DNA from: Elusimicrobiota bacterium
GTDB lineage: Bacteria > Elusimicrobiota > Endomicrobiia > Endomicrobiales > JBDRNC01
Reading direction: 5' to 3'
Length of the DNA stretch: 64,000 bases
NCBI GenBank assembly: GCA_043811535.1
Contig: JBDRNC010000012.1
Location: 32,001-96,000, forward strand
Part shown: piece after piece, positions 1 through 11,800 of the stretch
How the letters are laid out: every line of letters begins with the position of its first letter
How positions within the stretch are numbered: the first letter of the stretch is position 1
Translations under genes and position numbers: made by a program
The notes under the pieces: model-generated
Told to the model about the DNA's origin: nothing
Databases searched by the model: none
What the model saw: only the letters and a program-made list of their open reading frames with translations

Positions 1-854
1 GGAACTCCATTTTTGAGAAGGGCGCTGAGCATGCGGATGGACCGGGAGACTTGCTCTTTTTTTATCAGCATTCCGATGAGCGGCATACCCAGAAGCATAT
101 TGTCATATCTGGTGCGGCCTTTTTCGGTTGTAAGATATTTTCTTATATAGAATACCCCTCCAACCAGAGCCGGTATATAGAACAACCATCCTTTTATAAC
201 AATATCGCTTGCAACGAGCAGTATCCTTGTGGGAAGAGGCAGCATCTGCCCCATATCCTTGAACATCAATTCAAATTTCGGGATGACCACGGCAACAACG
301 AATATCACGCTGGCAATCCCCACGGCGAGCATAACCGACGGATAAGCTATAGCGGATCGGACTTTCTGTTTCAGTTCCTCTTCCTTCTCGCCGAATTCAG
401 CAAGGCGCGCCAAAACTGATTCAAGCAGACCGGCAGATTCTCCGGCTTTCACGACACCCACATACATGTTCGGGAACAGCTCCGGGTATCGTTCGAGCGA
501 CGCCGAAAAACCTTTCCCTTCCTGGACGTCGGACCGTATCTCGATTATCACTTTCACCAAGGCCTTGTTCTCCGTCTGCCGTTCCAGAACTCCGAGTGCG
601 CGCGAAAGCTGCAGGCCGCCCCTGAGCAGATCCACAAGGCGGTTAGTGAACAGTACTATCTGATTTTTATTTATTTTTTTTCTTCCGCTGAAAGAGGAGA
701 ACAGCGGCCTTTTCTCTTCGTACGGTTTTATTGAAACGGGGAACAGTCCGTTTGACTGCAACTTGGAAGCTGCAGCTTTTTCCGAGTCTGATTCTATCTT
801 TCCCGACTTAAGCTGTCCGGAAATGTCCTTCGCCTGATATATGAAAACAGCCAT
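1..854 (-). CDS. Type II secretion system F / type IV pilus inner-membrane platform protein (PilC/GspF); 3' end runs off the window
   Basis: Manual translation from ATG 854, which overlaps the upstream TAA: MAVFIYQAKDISG...LLRGGLQLSRAL...FPNMYVGVVKAGESAGLL...KVRSAIAYP...VIPKF...LPLPTR. These are GspF/PilC motifs. Not in the ORF track because it is partial. Confidence 0.92.
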   Translation of the reverse strand, partial: MAVFIYQAKDISGQLKSGKIESDSEKAAASKLQSNGLFPVSIKPYEEKRPLFSSFSGRKKINKNQIVLFTNRLVDLLRGGLQLSRALGVLERQTENKALVKVIIEIRSDVQEGKGFSASLERYPELFPNMYVGVVKAGESAGLLESVLARLAEFGEKEEELKQKVRSAIAYPSVMLAVGIASVIFVVAVVIPKFELMFKDMGQMLPLPTRILLVASDIVIKGWLFYIPALVGGVFYIRKYLTTEKGRTRYDNMLLGMPLIGMLIKKEQVSRSIRMLSALLKNGV

Positions 855-2551
855 TATTCCAGTATCTCCTCTTCCTGCGTCACCCTGATAATCTCTTCTA
901 AGGTTGTAAGCCCCGCCCTGACTTTATCCCATCCATCGTCGCGCAGGGTTTTCATTCCTTTCCTTATCGCTTCCTTCTTAATCAATCCGGCGGAGACTTT
1001 CTCCACAACGAGTTTTTTGAGTTCGTCGTCAAGCATTAAAAGTTCATATATTGCCGTCCTGCCCCTGTATCCGGTATGCCTGCATTCCTCGCATCCAGGC
1101 CCGGCTTTGTATATCTTGCCCTTGAAATCCCGCGGAAAACCGATACTTTTAAGGAAATCGGTGTCCGATCTATCTTCGACGCGGCAGTTCTTGCATACAA
1201 GTCTCACAAGACGCTGGGCCATGATTGCTTCTATGGACGAAGCCACGAGATACGGTTCAATACCCATATCCACAAGGCGCGTAACGGCTGCCGGAGCATT
1301 GTTGGTGTGAAGTGTGCTGAAAACAAGATGTCCCGTAAGAGAGGCTCTTATAGCAATTTCCGCCGTTTCCTGGTCACGGATCTCGCCTACCATTATCACA
1401 TCCGGGTCCTGCCTGAGTATGGCACGCAAACCGTTCGCAAAGGTGAGACCGATCTTCGAATGGACAGGGATCTGGTTGATGCCTTTTAGCTGATACTCAA
1501 CCGGCTCTTCAACAGTGATTATCTTTTTATCGGGCGAGTTTATCTTACTCAGACAGGCATACAACGTGGTCGTTTTGCCGTGCCCGGTGGGTCCCGTGAC
1601 AAGTATGATGCCGTGAGGGCGTTTTATCAGTTTTTCAGTCTTTTTCTGGTAGTCTTCCGGAAGACCCAGCTGATCAAGACCCAAAAGCATCTGTTTGCGC
1701 GGGAGTATCCTAAGATCAACGCTTTCGCCGTGTATCACGGGAAGCGTTGAGACGCGCAGGTCCACGATTTCGTCGCCCATCTTGAATTGTATCCTGCCGT
1801 CCTGCGGCAGACGTTTTTCTGCTATATCCATATCCGCCATAATCTTTATCCTGGAAATTATCGCCGACTGATAACGGGTCACCTGCGGCGGAATAGACGC
1901 CTCGTGAAGTATGCCGTCTATCCTGTATCGGATTATCATGTCGTTCTCAAAAGGTTCAAGGTGAATGTCAGTGGCGCGGTCATGGTAGGCTTCTTCGATT
2001 ATCTGGTTTACGAACTTGACTATGGATGCGTCCTCGTCGCCGACGGTTTCGGAGGATTCTTTTTCGTTCGCGGCCTCGGGAACCGTTTCGTCGTCGGCCG
2101 CGATTTTCTCCATCGTATCGGCGCCGAGGCCGTAAAGTTTCTTCAGCGCCTTCAGTATCTCATTCCCCGTAGCAAGCACTGGAGAAACGTCGCAACCGAA
2201 CATTAGGCGAAGGTCGTCGAACGCATGCACAGCAAGCGGATCGCTCACGGCTACGGTAAGCACATCGTTCTGAAGGTTAATCGGGACTAAATTATATCTA
2301 TGCGAGAATTTGGCTGAAATCCTGCCAGTAAGGGATTTATCGATCTTCTGTTCCGCGAGGTTTACAAGAGGATAGTTGAACTGGAAAGATAACGCTTTGA
2401 GGACATCGTATTCCTTTGCCCAACCCTTCTGGATAAGAATTTTCCCCAAGCGTTCATTAACGGATTTCTGGGTTTCGAGGGCCTTATTAAGCTGCTCCTC
2501 GCTTATTACACCCTCTTTGAGTAGAATCTGACCTATCAAAGGTTTGTTCAT
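854..2551 (-). CDS. GspE/PilB secretion or pilus-assembly ATPase with N-terminal MshEN-like domain
   Basis: Walker A GPTGHGKTTT, LRQDPDVIMVGEIRD, SLTGHLVFSTLHTN, tetracysteine CKNC...CEEC; RLGxxL-type N-terminus. Confidence 0.95.
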   Translation of the reverse strand: MNKPLIGQILLKEGVISEEQLNKALETQKSVNERLGKILIQKGWAKEYDVLKALSFQFNYPLVNLAEQKIDKSLTGRISAKFSHRYNLVPINLQNDVLTVAVSDPLAVHAFDDLRLMFGCDVSPVLATGNEILKALKKLYGLGADTMEKIAADDETVPEAANEKESSETVGDEDASIVKFVNQIIEEAYHDRATDIHLEPFENDMIIRYRIDGILHEASIPPQVTRYQSAIISRIKIMADMDIAEKRLPQDGRIQFKMGDEIVDLRVSTLPVIHGESVDLRILPRKQMLLGLDQLGLPEDYQKKTEKLIKRPHGIILVTGPTGHGKTTTLYACLSKINSPDKKIITVEEPVEYQLKGINQIPVHSKIGLTFANGLRAILRQDPDVIMVGEIRDQETAEIAIRASLTGHLVFSTLHTNNAPAAVTRLVDMGIEPYLVASSIEAIMAQRLVRLVCKNCRVEDRSDTDFLKSIGFPRDFKGKIYKAGPGCEECRHTGYRGRTAIYELLMLDDELKKLVVEKVSAGLIKKEAIRKGMKTLRDDGWDKVRAGLTTLEEIIRVTQEEEILE

Positions 2552-2820
2552 GATAGACCTTTATAGACCCTTTTTGTCCTTAATTTCCAGCAAACAGCAT
2601 GGATTAGACAATAATATTACTATTTTTTTTGCCCGGACACAAGACAAAATGTAATTGATTAACTGGGGCAAATGTAAAAAGGGGTTTTTGGGTATTTTCG
2701 GACTTCAATAACGAACCAGAATGCAGGAGTGGATAGTGTCTTTGCCTTTCCAATTTGGCAGCACACAAGAATCAATCTGTAAATGCTAAATATGCGGAAA
2801 CGTTTTTGTCTATTGAATTT

Positions 2821-5800
2821 CTATTTAACTTCTATTTCCCACAATGAGTACCCCCACTGCGTCCCGCGTTGCTTCCCATCGATCTTAAGATACCTGGCAG
2901 ACTGACTGCCTACATTTATTCTTTCAGTACCGCCTGTTCCGTTAGTCTGTGAATAGGCGTTAGTCCAATTACTACCGTCGTTCGATACCAATATATCGTA
3001 GGATTCGCCATACGCGGTTTCCCAGAACAATACTACCGTGCTGAATGAGACAGGCGCCCCGAAATCAATACTTATCCATTCCGTATCATCGGCGTCAGAA
3101 GACCATCTTGTCCCGAGATCTCCGTCAAATGCGTTTGACGCTATGAGGTCCACTCCCTGCGACGAAGCAGATACCGATGCTTTATGAATATTGAAATACT
3201 CTTCGAATTCCCACAATGAGTACCCCCACTGGGTGCCGCGCTCTGTTCCATACATTCTTACATACCTTGCGTTCACGGCGTTGAATTCGATGTTTTCAAG
3301 CCCACCCGCGCTGTTCGTCGTAGCATATACGGTCGTCCAGTCAACGCCATTTGATGAAACATCTATCGTATACGCCTTGCCGTACGCGGTTTCCCAATTA
3401 AGGACAACTTTATTTACCGGTTGAACTGTTCCAATATCCACCTGATACCATTGTGGATCAGAGGCATCAGATGACCAACGTGTAGAACCGACTCCGTCAA
3501 CAGCCAAACTTGCCGTATCCTGCCCGCTGGATGCAGTCGCCGTCTTGCCCTTGGCAAGATTCGTAGCCATTGCGAAGTAATCCATGGATTCTGCATAATT
3601 AATCCTGCTTTGCGAATCCGTGGCTTCTACCCTAACCAGACTGCGTTCTGACTGCGTCAGGCCGGCTGTGTTGACAATATAGTCACCGGCGTTCGATATT
3701 GAATTGGCGATAGCATTCCATCTTATGAACCGTAGTTCATCAATGTATACACTTCCTGTTCCGGATATGCCGTCAAACGATATCGAGAAGTTATCCAGCG
3801 ATGAGCAATTGACACCGTTGAACGCCGACATGGGTATCGTGACTTTCTGCCAGTAGGTAGTTACATCTTCAGTCAAATAGTCCTTGACCGGCAATTTTAC
3901 CTCGTTATACGACGTATCTTTCAATCCTACCTTAAATTCTTCGCCGCCCTGGGATCCTTTGACCACAAGGCTGACATGAGTGTACGTGCTCATATCGGGC
4001 ACCGTATATATCCCCGTCCAGAAGCCGCCGTTGTCATTTTGGCCGGGTATTTCATAGTCAAGCTGCAGAGATTTGCCGGTATTGGAATACGCATCCTGAG
4101 CGTTCGTAAATTCGGAACTGACAATAGCATTGCTGGAATACCAGATGCCGGAGTTCGCGTTCAAATTATTCACATAATCGCCGTCATCAAAATTATCTAT
4201 CCCGGCCTGCATGGTTTGATCCGTATATTTCAACGTGATACCTGTTATAGTATCCGTGGAATAATATGGTACCGCGTTCCATTGTATGTCATATGTGTCG
4301 CCTTTAATCCTTTCTCCGCCGTCCGGTGTAATAAGCGTCACTACAGGCAGAATTCCGCTGCGCGTGAATACGATCTGTACAGGATTGGATTCCGCGGACC
4401 AGTTATCCGCGATGTCATGCGCCTTCGCGGTCAGCGTATATACCCCATCGCCGTTTGCCAGCGTTATCGGAAGGGTGTACGTATCCGATGATGCTATTAC
4501 TGTATACTCTGCCATTGCAGCTTTTGGCTGATACATTTTAATATGCACCGTAGCATCGGTTTCTGCGCTGCCAGAAACAATAATCCCGGGATCAGACCTC
4601 GGACTGGTTATCGGATCAATCGTAGGCGTCAAAGTATACGTATCCCATATAACTTCAAACTTTGCAGTGGTAGAAGACGCGTAATGCCCAAGATAATCCC
4701 CGGCTTCCACTGTCATCGTATAGAACCCATAATACGGCAGTTCCGACGGATTTATGGATGAGGATGTAGTCACCGAAACCTTTGTGCCAATAAGCGGCTC
4801 GCATTCACATTCAACAAGCGTCATGTAAGCCGTTGTATTTGCCTGGGATATATCCGATGCGTTAAACGAAACATTTATCATATCGCGCGCTTCTACGTAT
4901 ATATCTCCGCCGATGGGAGAATTAATGACTATTGCCGGCGGAGTATTATCTACAACCACATCAATAGACTTAGTTTCTTCTGTATTACCGCCGTTGTCAT
5001 ATGAACGATAAGTTACCGTGTGAGCGCCTTCGGCGACATCTGAAAGCGTAAACGGTGAAGCATAGTTTGTCCATGTGTCGTTATCTATGCGGTATTCGGT
5101 GTTTTTAATATTCGAAGGATATTCCCCTTCATCCTGAGCAGTTATCGTAAATAATGTATCCAATGTGACGTATAGGTTTCCATTAGCCGAGTATTTCGGC
5201 TGTGAAACACTCATGTAGCTAACCGGCGCAAGAGTATCTACTAAGACAATATATTCACTTTCAGCTATATTACCCACATTGTCCGAACCTTTATATGCTA
5301 TAGTGTGCCTTCCTCCGCCAACGAATGAGAGCGCACTAAGATCCTTATCGTATACTTTCGCGTTAGAGAACTCGGCGCTGCAGTTCATTGTCTCATACCC
5401 GATACCGCCGCTTAACTGCGATATCTTGGCATCATTTACGTTAAAATACAACTCATTATCAATGTATAGCTTAAGATTATTCCCGGATATTTCAAATCTG
5501 AAATTGTGCAGATCTTGAGGATTGAGAGATGATTGCACATCGTATCTGCTTCCAGCACCCTGTAAGGTTATCGTCAGCTCGATATTCCCGCCGCTATGCA
5601 ATAAAGCGTATATTCTATTGGAAGAATCCGTGTGTTTTGCATAAACCCACGCTACATCCCACGAATTGGCGCCGGGGGAAGTCGTTTTAACATCAGTTTC
5701 CACTATCCTGTCGGCCGGATAAGTATCTACTGACAAGGATTTTCCATTGCTGCCGAAGTATTTGCCTCCAGCTATATGCCAATTACCAAATTGCTCAGCA

Positions 5801-8800
5801 AACGTATGATTGTTCTGCGTGAAATTCTCTTCCAAATAGTGGTTTAAAATAGAAGAATAGTCTCCGCCGTCGATAGCAACGGTCATTTCCTTTGCACCGC
5901 TCGGTTCCACTCTATCGTATACTTTCGCGTTAGAGAACTCGGCGCTGCAGTTCATTGTCTCATACCCGATACCGCCGCTTAATTGCGATATCTTGGCATC
6001 ATTTACGTTAAAATACAACTCATTATCAATGTATAGCTTAAGATTATTCCCGGATATTTCAAATCTGAAATTGTGCAGATCCTGTGGATTGAGCGACGTT
6101 TGCACATCATATCTGCTATTGACCCCTTGCAAAATTATCGTCAGCTCGATATTCCCGCCGCTATGCAATAAAGCGTATATTCTATTGGAAGAATCCGTGT
6201 GTTTTGCGTAAACCCATGCTACATTCCAAGAATCAGCGCCCGGGGAAGTTGTCTTAACATCGGTTTCCACTATCCTGTCAGCCGGATAAGTATCTACCGA
6301 TATGGTCTTTCCGTTACTTCCAGTGTATTTACCTCCGGCTATAGACCAATCGCCCCACAACGAATTGAACTTATAATGGTTCTCTTCGAAGTTTTCATCT
6401 AGATAATAATTTGTAATGAAAGGGTCTATTGCGTTCACCGTGAATGTGCTTTCGTCAAATATATAGATATTCGATCCATCATTAAACAGATTGTCTGAAA
6501 TTACCTCAATTTCGGGCGGCTGTCCGTCAACGACAACATCAAGATTCTTTTCGCTTGACGCATTCCCCAGATTATCAACCGAGTAATACTTAATAGAATG
6601 CCTGCCTTCACCATTGAGAACAAAAGGCGAAATATAGGCGTTATATCCGGCATTGTCTATATTCATATTTGCTTGTGCTGTTCCGCAGCCGACTACAAAA
6701 TCAGTGTATACTTTCAAATTATCAAATTTTGCCTGCGATTGGCCGTTCGCGTCGAACGCGGCGCTTCCGGAAAGGAACGGAACCGCCGTGCTTATAATAT
6801 CAATGTATTTATCGCCATCAACGAATATCTTAACATTTTCCCCAAATATCTCGTACCTAAATCTGTGGTTCTCAAATGGATTCAACGAAGACATGGCAAA
6901 ATACCTTTCGGTTTGGCCGTCCTTTAAAATAGATAATTCAATATCCCCGTTGGAATGCAGTAACATATACATGCAGTTGGCCCAATCGTGATATTTACCG
7001 TACAGCCAGCCCAAATTCCAGGTTCCGTAATCTTTGTAAACTGTACAAACATCAGCCTCAACTATCCTGTCAGCCGGAAATGTGGCTTCCGTACGCGATA
7101 ATCCCGCAGTGCCATAATATTCGCCATTGGAAACATTCCATGTTCCCCATACGTTTACCCATCTTGTGCATCCGGTACTGAACGTTTCCTCGAACACTTC
7201 GCGTCCGACAGGCGGGTCATAATCCGCTACTGCGTAAATCATATCATCCGACACGTAATTCTCTGAGTTTTTACTGAACACCGGACTGCTTAATGCTATG
7301 CCGCTGAAGGGAGGTGTATTGTCGATGATAATATCGCTTGATATTACTTTTGTATTCTTGTACAAATCTTCTGAACGGCAACTCAGAGTATACAACCCTT
7401 GATCAAATCCGGATAGCGTAAACTCTGAAGAAAAGGTCTGCCCAACAGCGGGATTGTTATTCGTATATTCATTCCAGTTTGCGCCGCTTAACATCCATGA
7501 ATTACTCGACACGCCCAATCCCAATGAATCTTCCGCGTTATAAAGGTCATCTTTTGAATTAATAGTGAACTGAGTATTTGACTTCACAAATAAGTAATTC
7601 GAAGCATATTTTGGGTTACCTACAACCAAATCCATTTTCGGCCGCATATAGTCAATTACGAATTTCCCGTCAACTAACTTCCCAAATGATACCGGCAGGA
7701 GCTTATCAAAGGATGACGGCCAGTCAATGGAATACAATATCTTATAATCGGTATCCTGGCCGTTGAAAGTCCTCGTTGATGAAGGCGTTTTGAACTCAAT
7801 CTGAGTCAATTCCGCACCCTGGGAAGCCACGGTAATGCTTGAAGGCAGAATAAACATGCTTCTATTGATATTCGTGACTAATTTCGCGCAGTATCTGTCT
7901 TCATTGCCGGCGTTGTTCATAATCAGGCAATTAACCTGTTCCTGCTGCCCGAGCCCCATCATAACCTGTTTCGTATCAATTATCACGTCAAACGAATGAT
8001 GTTTCACGACTCCCTGTATATTATCAGTGCTGGGCGCAAATATGTAATTCGTACCGTCAGCAATAACGGATTCATTCAGATTAAAGTCCACAATATAAGT
8101 GACTACCTCATCCTTGTCGACGGTAAACACATTATCAATGTCAACATCGGGATTTGTAACGCTGAAATTCACGACCCCTTTCGTTGCCTTATCAATACCC
8201 ACCACGCTGTTTATCTTCGCGCTGAAACCGTTATATTCCCCGGACGGAACAATGCCCGCGGCAACCGCCACCGGTTGGTTCGGCTGCCTGGTTTCAAGCA
8301 TGTCAAGAGTGGACTGTTCAGTATTCAAATCGACCTGTTCGTCGTTTGAATCCTTAAGCGAGATTTCATCAAACATAACATAGATATTGGAAAAATCGTC
8401 AACCGGAGCGTCCTGGAACCCGACTATTACCGGTCCGCCGTCTGGAGAAATCGCCACGTCTTTTTCGGCCTCATTATTCCCCCGGTTCATGTCGTTTACT
8501 TCGCTGTCAGGATCAGCTATAATCGTAAACCTGAAAAATGCGGGCGAATCAGAAATCGGGATGGTCTTCTCGGCAATCGCAGTCATGGTAGCATTGCCGC
8601 TAATCGCGTTGATTACTTTATCTTCTCCTATCTGGCTTTTGTTCGGAGCTTCACCTTCAAGGAACCTGACTTTAACATTATCCAGCATCGCTGCGCCAAG
8701 ATTGCGTATATCTACGGTAATAATTATTTTTCTTTGGCCGGATAATATGTCATCCCGGGATACTACGCTGATATTCTCAGGTTTCACACAGAGATCGCCG

Positions 8801-11800
8801 GATTGAATACTCTTGCTGTAAAGCGCGCCTAAATACACTACGCTGCTGGATAAATATGAACTGTATCCGGCAACCGGTTGGCCACTAATGCTGTCAATCC
8901 CGGAATCCTGCGACCCGTAAGATTCTCCGCAAGTCATACAGGCAATATTACTCGCAAATATGCCTGTTCCATCATTATTCAGCACAACGGTGAATTTTCT
9001 GTTATATTCAAGACCGTTTTGATCAATCGCTCTTAACATAAACTTGTGCACACCGTCGGCAAGGCCTAAACTCCCCGAATATCCGGTATCAATGACAAAT
9101 TCAGCTACTGATTGCTTCGTTTCAATAAGCGTATCATCAATATACAGTTTCAACGCGGTGATAGTTGGATTGGATATAATCGGTTGTATTGTAACCACGC
9201 CGGAAGTGATATCAACACCCGGGAAAAGTTGTGGCAAAATTGAAACATTGAAGGCTGTATCAAAATATCCCGTGGAAGAACTGGTCATATCCAAACGATT
9301 CAGAGATTTAACGTTATAATAATACCTCTTCGGATATATTTCCAAGCCGTCTATTACCGCCGCATGCGCGCGCACATTCTCCGTGGAAATAACCACAAAG
9401 TTTTCCGGCCAGGGAACAGTCCCATACGCTAAGTTAGTATCTGAAAGATCATCGGTGTTCCAGCATATTCTTGCAGAATTACTGGTTATATCTCTGGCCT
9501 GTAGATTTGAAATGACGGGGGGTGTATTGTCAATATGAATGCCGACTGTGGTTTCGTTAGTATTGCCGGCAACATCCGCTGCAGTCAATTTTAGAGTGTA
9601 TAACTCGTCGTTTGCAGTGGGAGGAGTGTTCCAAGAGCCCAAAAGACCGTTTTCTACTGGTGTTTGTGAAGCAGTTATTGACACGGAACTGCCGGACGCG
9701 CTGCTATAGGTTAGTTCGTAACCTTGGAGCCCCGAACACAATACTCCGTAATCCTGGGCTGTCCCTGAGATATTAATCAATCCGGTAAACAATTCGCTGG
9801 AAATCGGCTCTGATAATGCCGTAACAGGAGCAATGTTTTCCACTCGCACAGTTGTAGTTGTTTCGCAGACATTTCCTGCCTTGTCTGCCACCGATAGCTT
9901 AATCCCATAGTACTCGCCATTGGCGCTCGAGGGTGTTTCCCATACGCCTAAATTACCGTTTTCGACAGCTACCCCGGAAGTGGATATTTCAATCCAATTT
10001 CCGGGAATAACGCTATAACTTAATGCATAGTTCAAGAAACCCGTACCGCCATACGCGTAATCCTGCGCGGTCCCGACAATCTGCACCGAACTCCTGCACC
10101 ATGAACCTGCTGCCGGTTGTTGGATATTAGCAACCGGAAGAACATTATCTACGTAAATAGTAATTGTTGCGGTGCTTGAATTGCCGACAAAATCTGTGGC
10201 AACCAGTTTAAGTGTATATGTTTCGCCATTCGCTTCAGGAGGAGTTACCCATTGCCCCAGAATACCGTTTTCCACTGTTTCTGTCGAAGATAAAATCGGC
10301 ATCCATGTCTCACCCGAACTATAGTTTAAAGTATACTCTGAAAGGCCTGAAATCATATCCAATGCCGTGCCGGATATTTCTACCGTGCCCTTATACCAGG
10401 AACCAGCAACTGGCTGGCTGAATGCTGTGACCGGATCTTCATTATCCACAATTACATTTATCGTCGATGTACTTAAATTGTTTTCCGCGTTCAAGGCAAC
10501 GGCCAGTACTATATACGTACCCGTATTAACAGCACAACCGCTGCTGCTATTGCCATTCCATTCATTGGCATATAGATATCCCTGCTCAGAGCTTACAAAT
10601 GGGAACGATCTGATCAGGTTGTATTCGTAATCATAAACAAGAAGCTCAACTTTCGCGTTTTCGGCGACCTGGTACTTTATATTTGTCGGTTCATGATGGC
10701 TTAAATATATGTCATCACTATATAAACTTGATATTGCCTGTGTGTCAGACAGTACAATAGCGCTCTCTGAAACTTCATACCCATACCTGCTGTCTCCGTT
10801 GAATTTCGCGCGAATGGGATATGTCTTTTGAATGGGCATCGGAAGCTGGAAACTTAATGTGACGCTACTGCCGGAAAGTACCGCTTCTGATAGTGCGTGC
10901 CAGGTATCGCTGGTTTTGTATTCGAGATACAGCGTCTTGGGCTCATCCTGCTGATGGAGCAGATCATAATCCTGGATATCTGTAACTGTTGTAGTTATAG
11001 TGAGAAAATCAGTTGAAGCAGTAACTTGGCTTGGATCCGATATAATAACTGACTTTTTGACTATATTTATACTCTCGGATACGTGCGCCGGGAAATAGAA
11101 ATAACCATCACCCAGATAATCTATATCCAGTTCATATTCTCCAGCAGGCAAGTCCAACGGATCGATAGGCAAGAAATAGCTTCCAGAACCATCGGTTTTC
11201 GCTGTATAAGATGTGCCTGCAATTGTGAATATGACATCCTGATTGACGATGCTATTCGATGAGGTGTCGGTAAGATATCCCGACAATTCAGCTAAACTGG
11301 CACAGCTAAAGGACTCTGGCCCGGTGTATTGCAGATTAGTTTCAGACGCAACAACCGAAACTATAGTATTAGTATTGGTTTCTTCGGGGGCAGAAGGGAA
11401 AAACACCGTAGCATAATTACTTACAGCAGTTCCAACTTGTATCCCATCTACGAGTTTGATACTGATGTCAAATTTTCCGCCTTGATTAGGCCCGATTTCG
11501 CCCTCAGTGTCTACAAATACAGTCAACGAACGTAGTTCAGAATCAAAATTATAAGTAAAATCTGCGGAAGTTTCGGTTTGTGTATCATAATCTATTCTCT
11601 TAAAATTCGAAACGACTAATGTTGTCGTATCAAAATATGAATTAAATGTATCTACAATATAAACTCCGTAAGCAATGCCCTCACCGACATTTTCAAATTC
11701 CACTGTGTAATTGAGCGTTTGGTCTGGATCTATTTGTCCCGCAGGACCATACAGGATATTGGGGTCCGCAGGTGCGTCTACATCTTTGATAGATAACATG

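Noticed and set aside
2552..2820. Left att site of the island
   Set aside because: No tRNA-Lys 3' half, tRNA-Ser repeat or GTCCRTTATT motif was found, so the left boundary is undefined.
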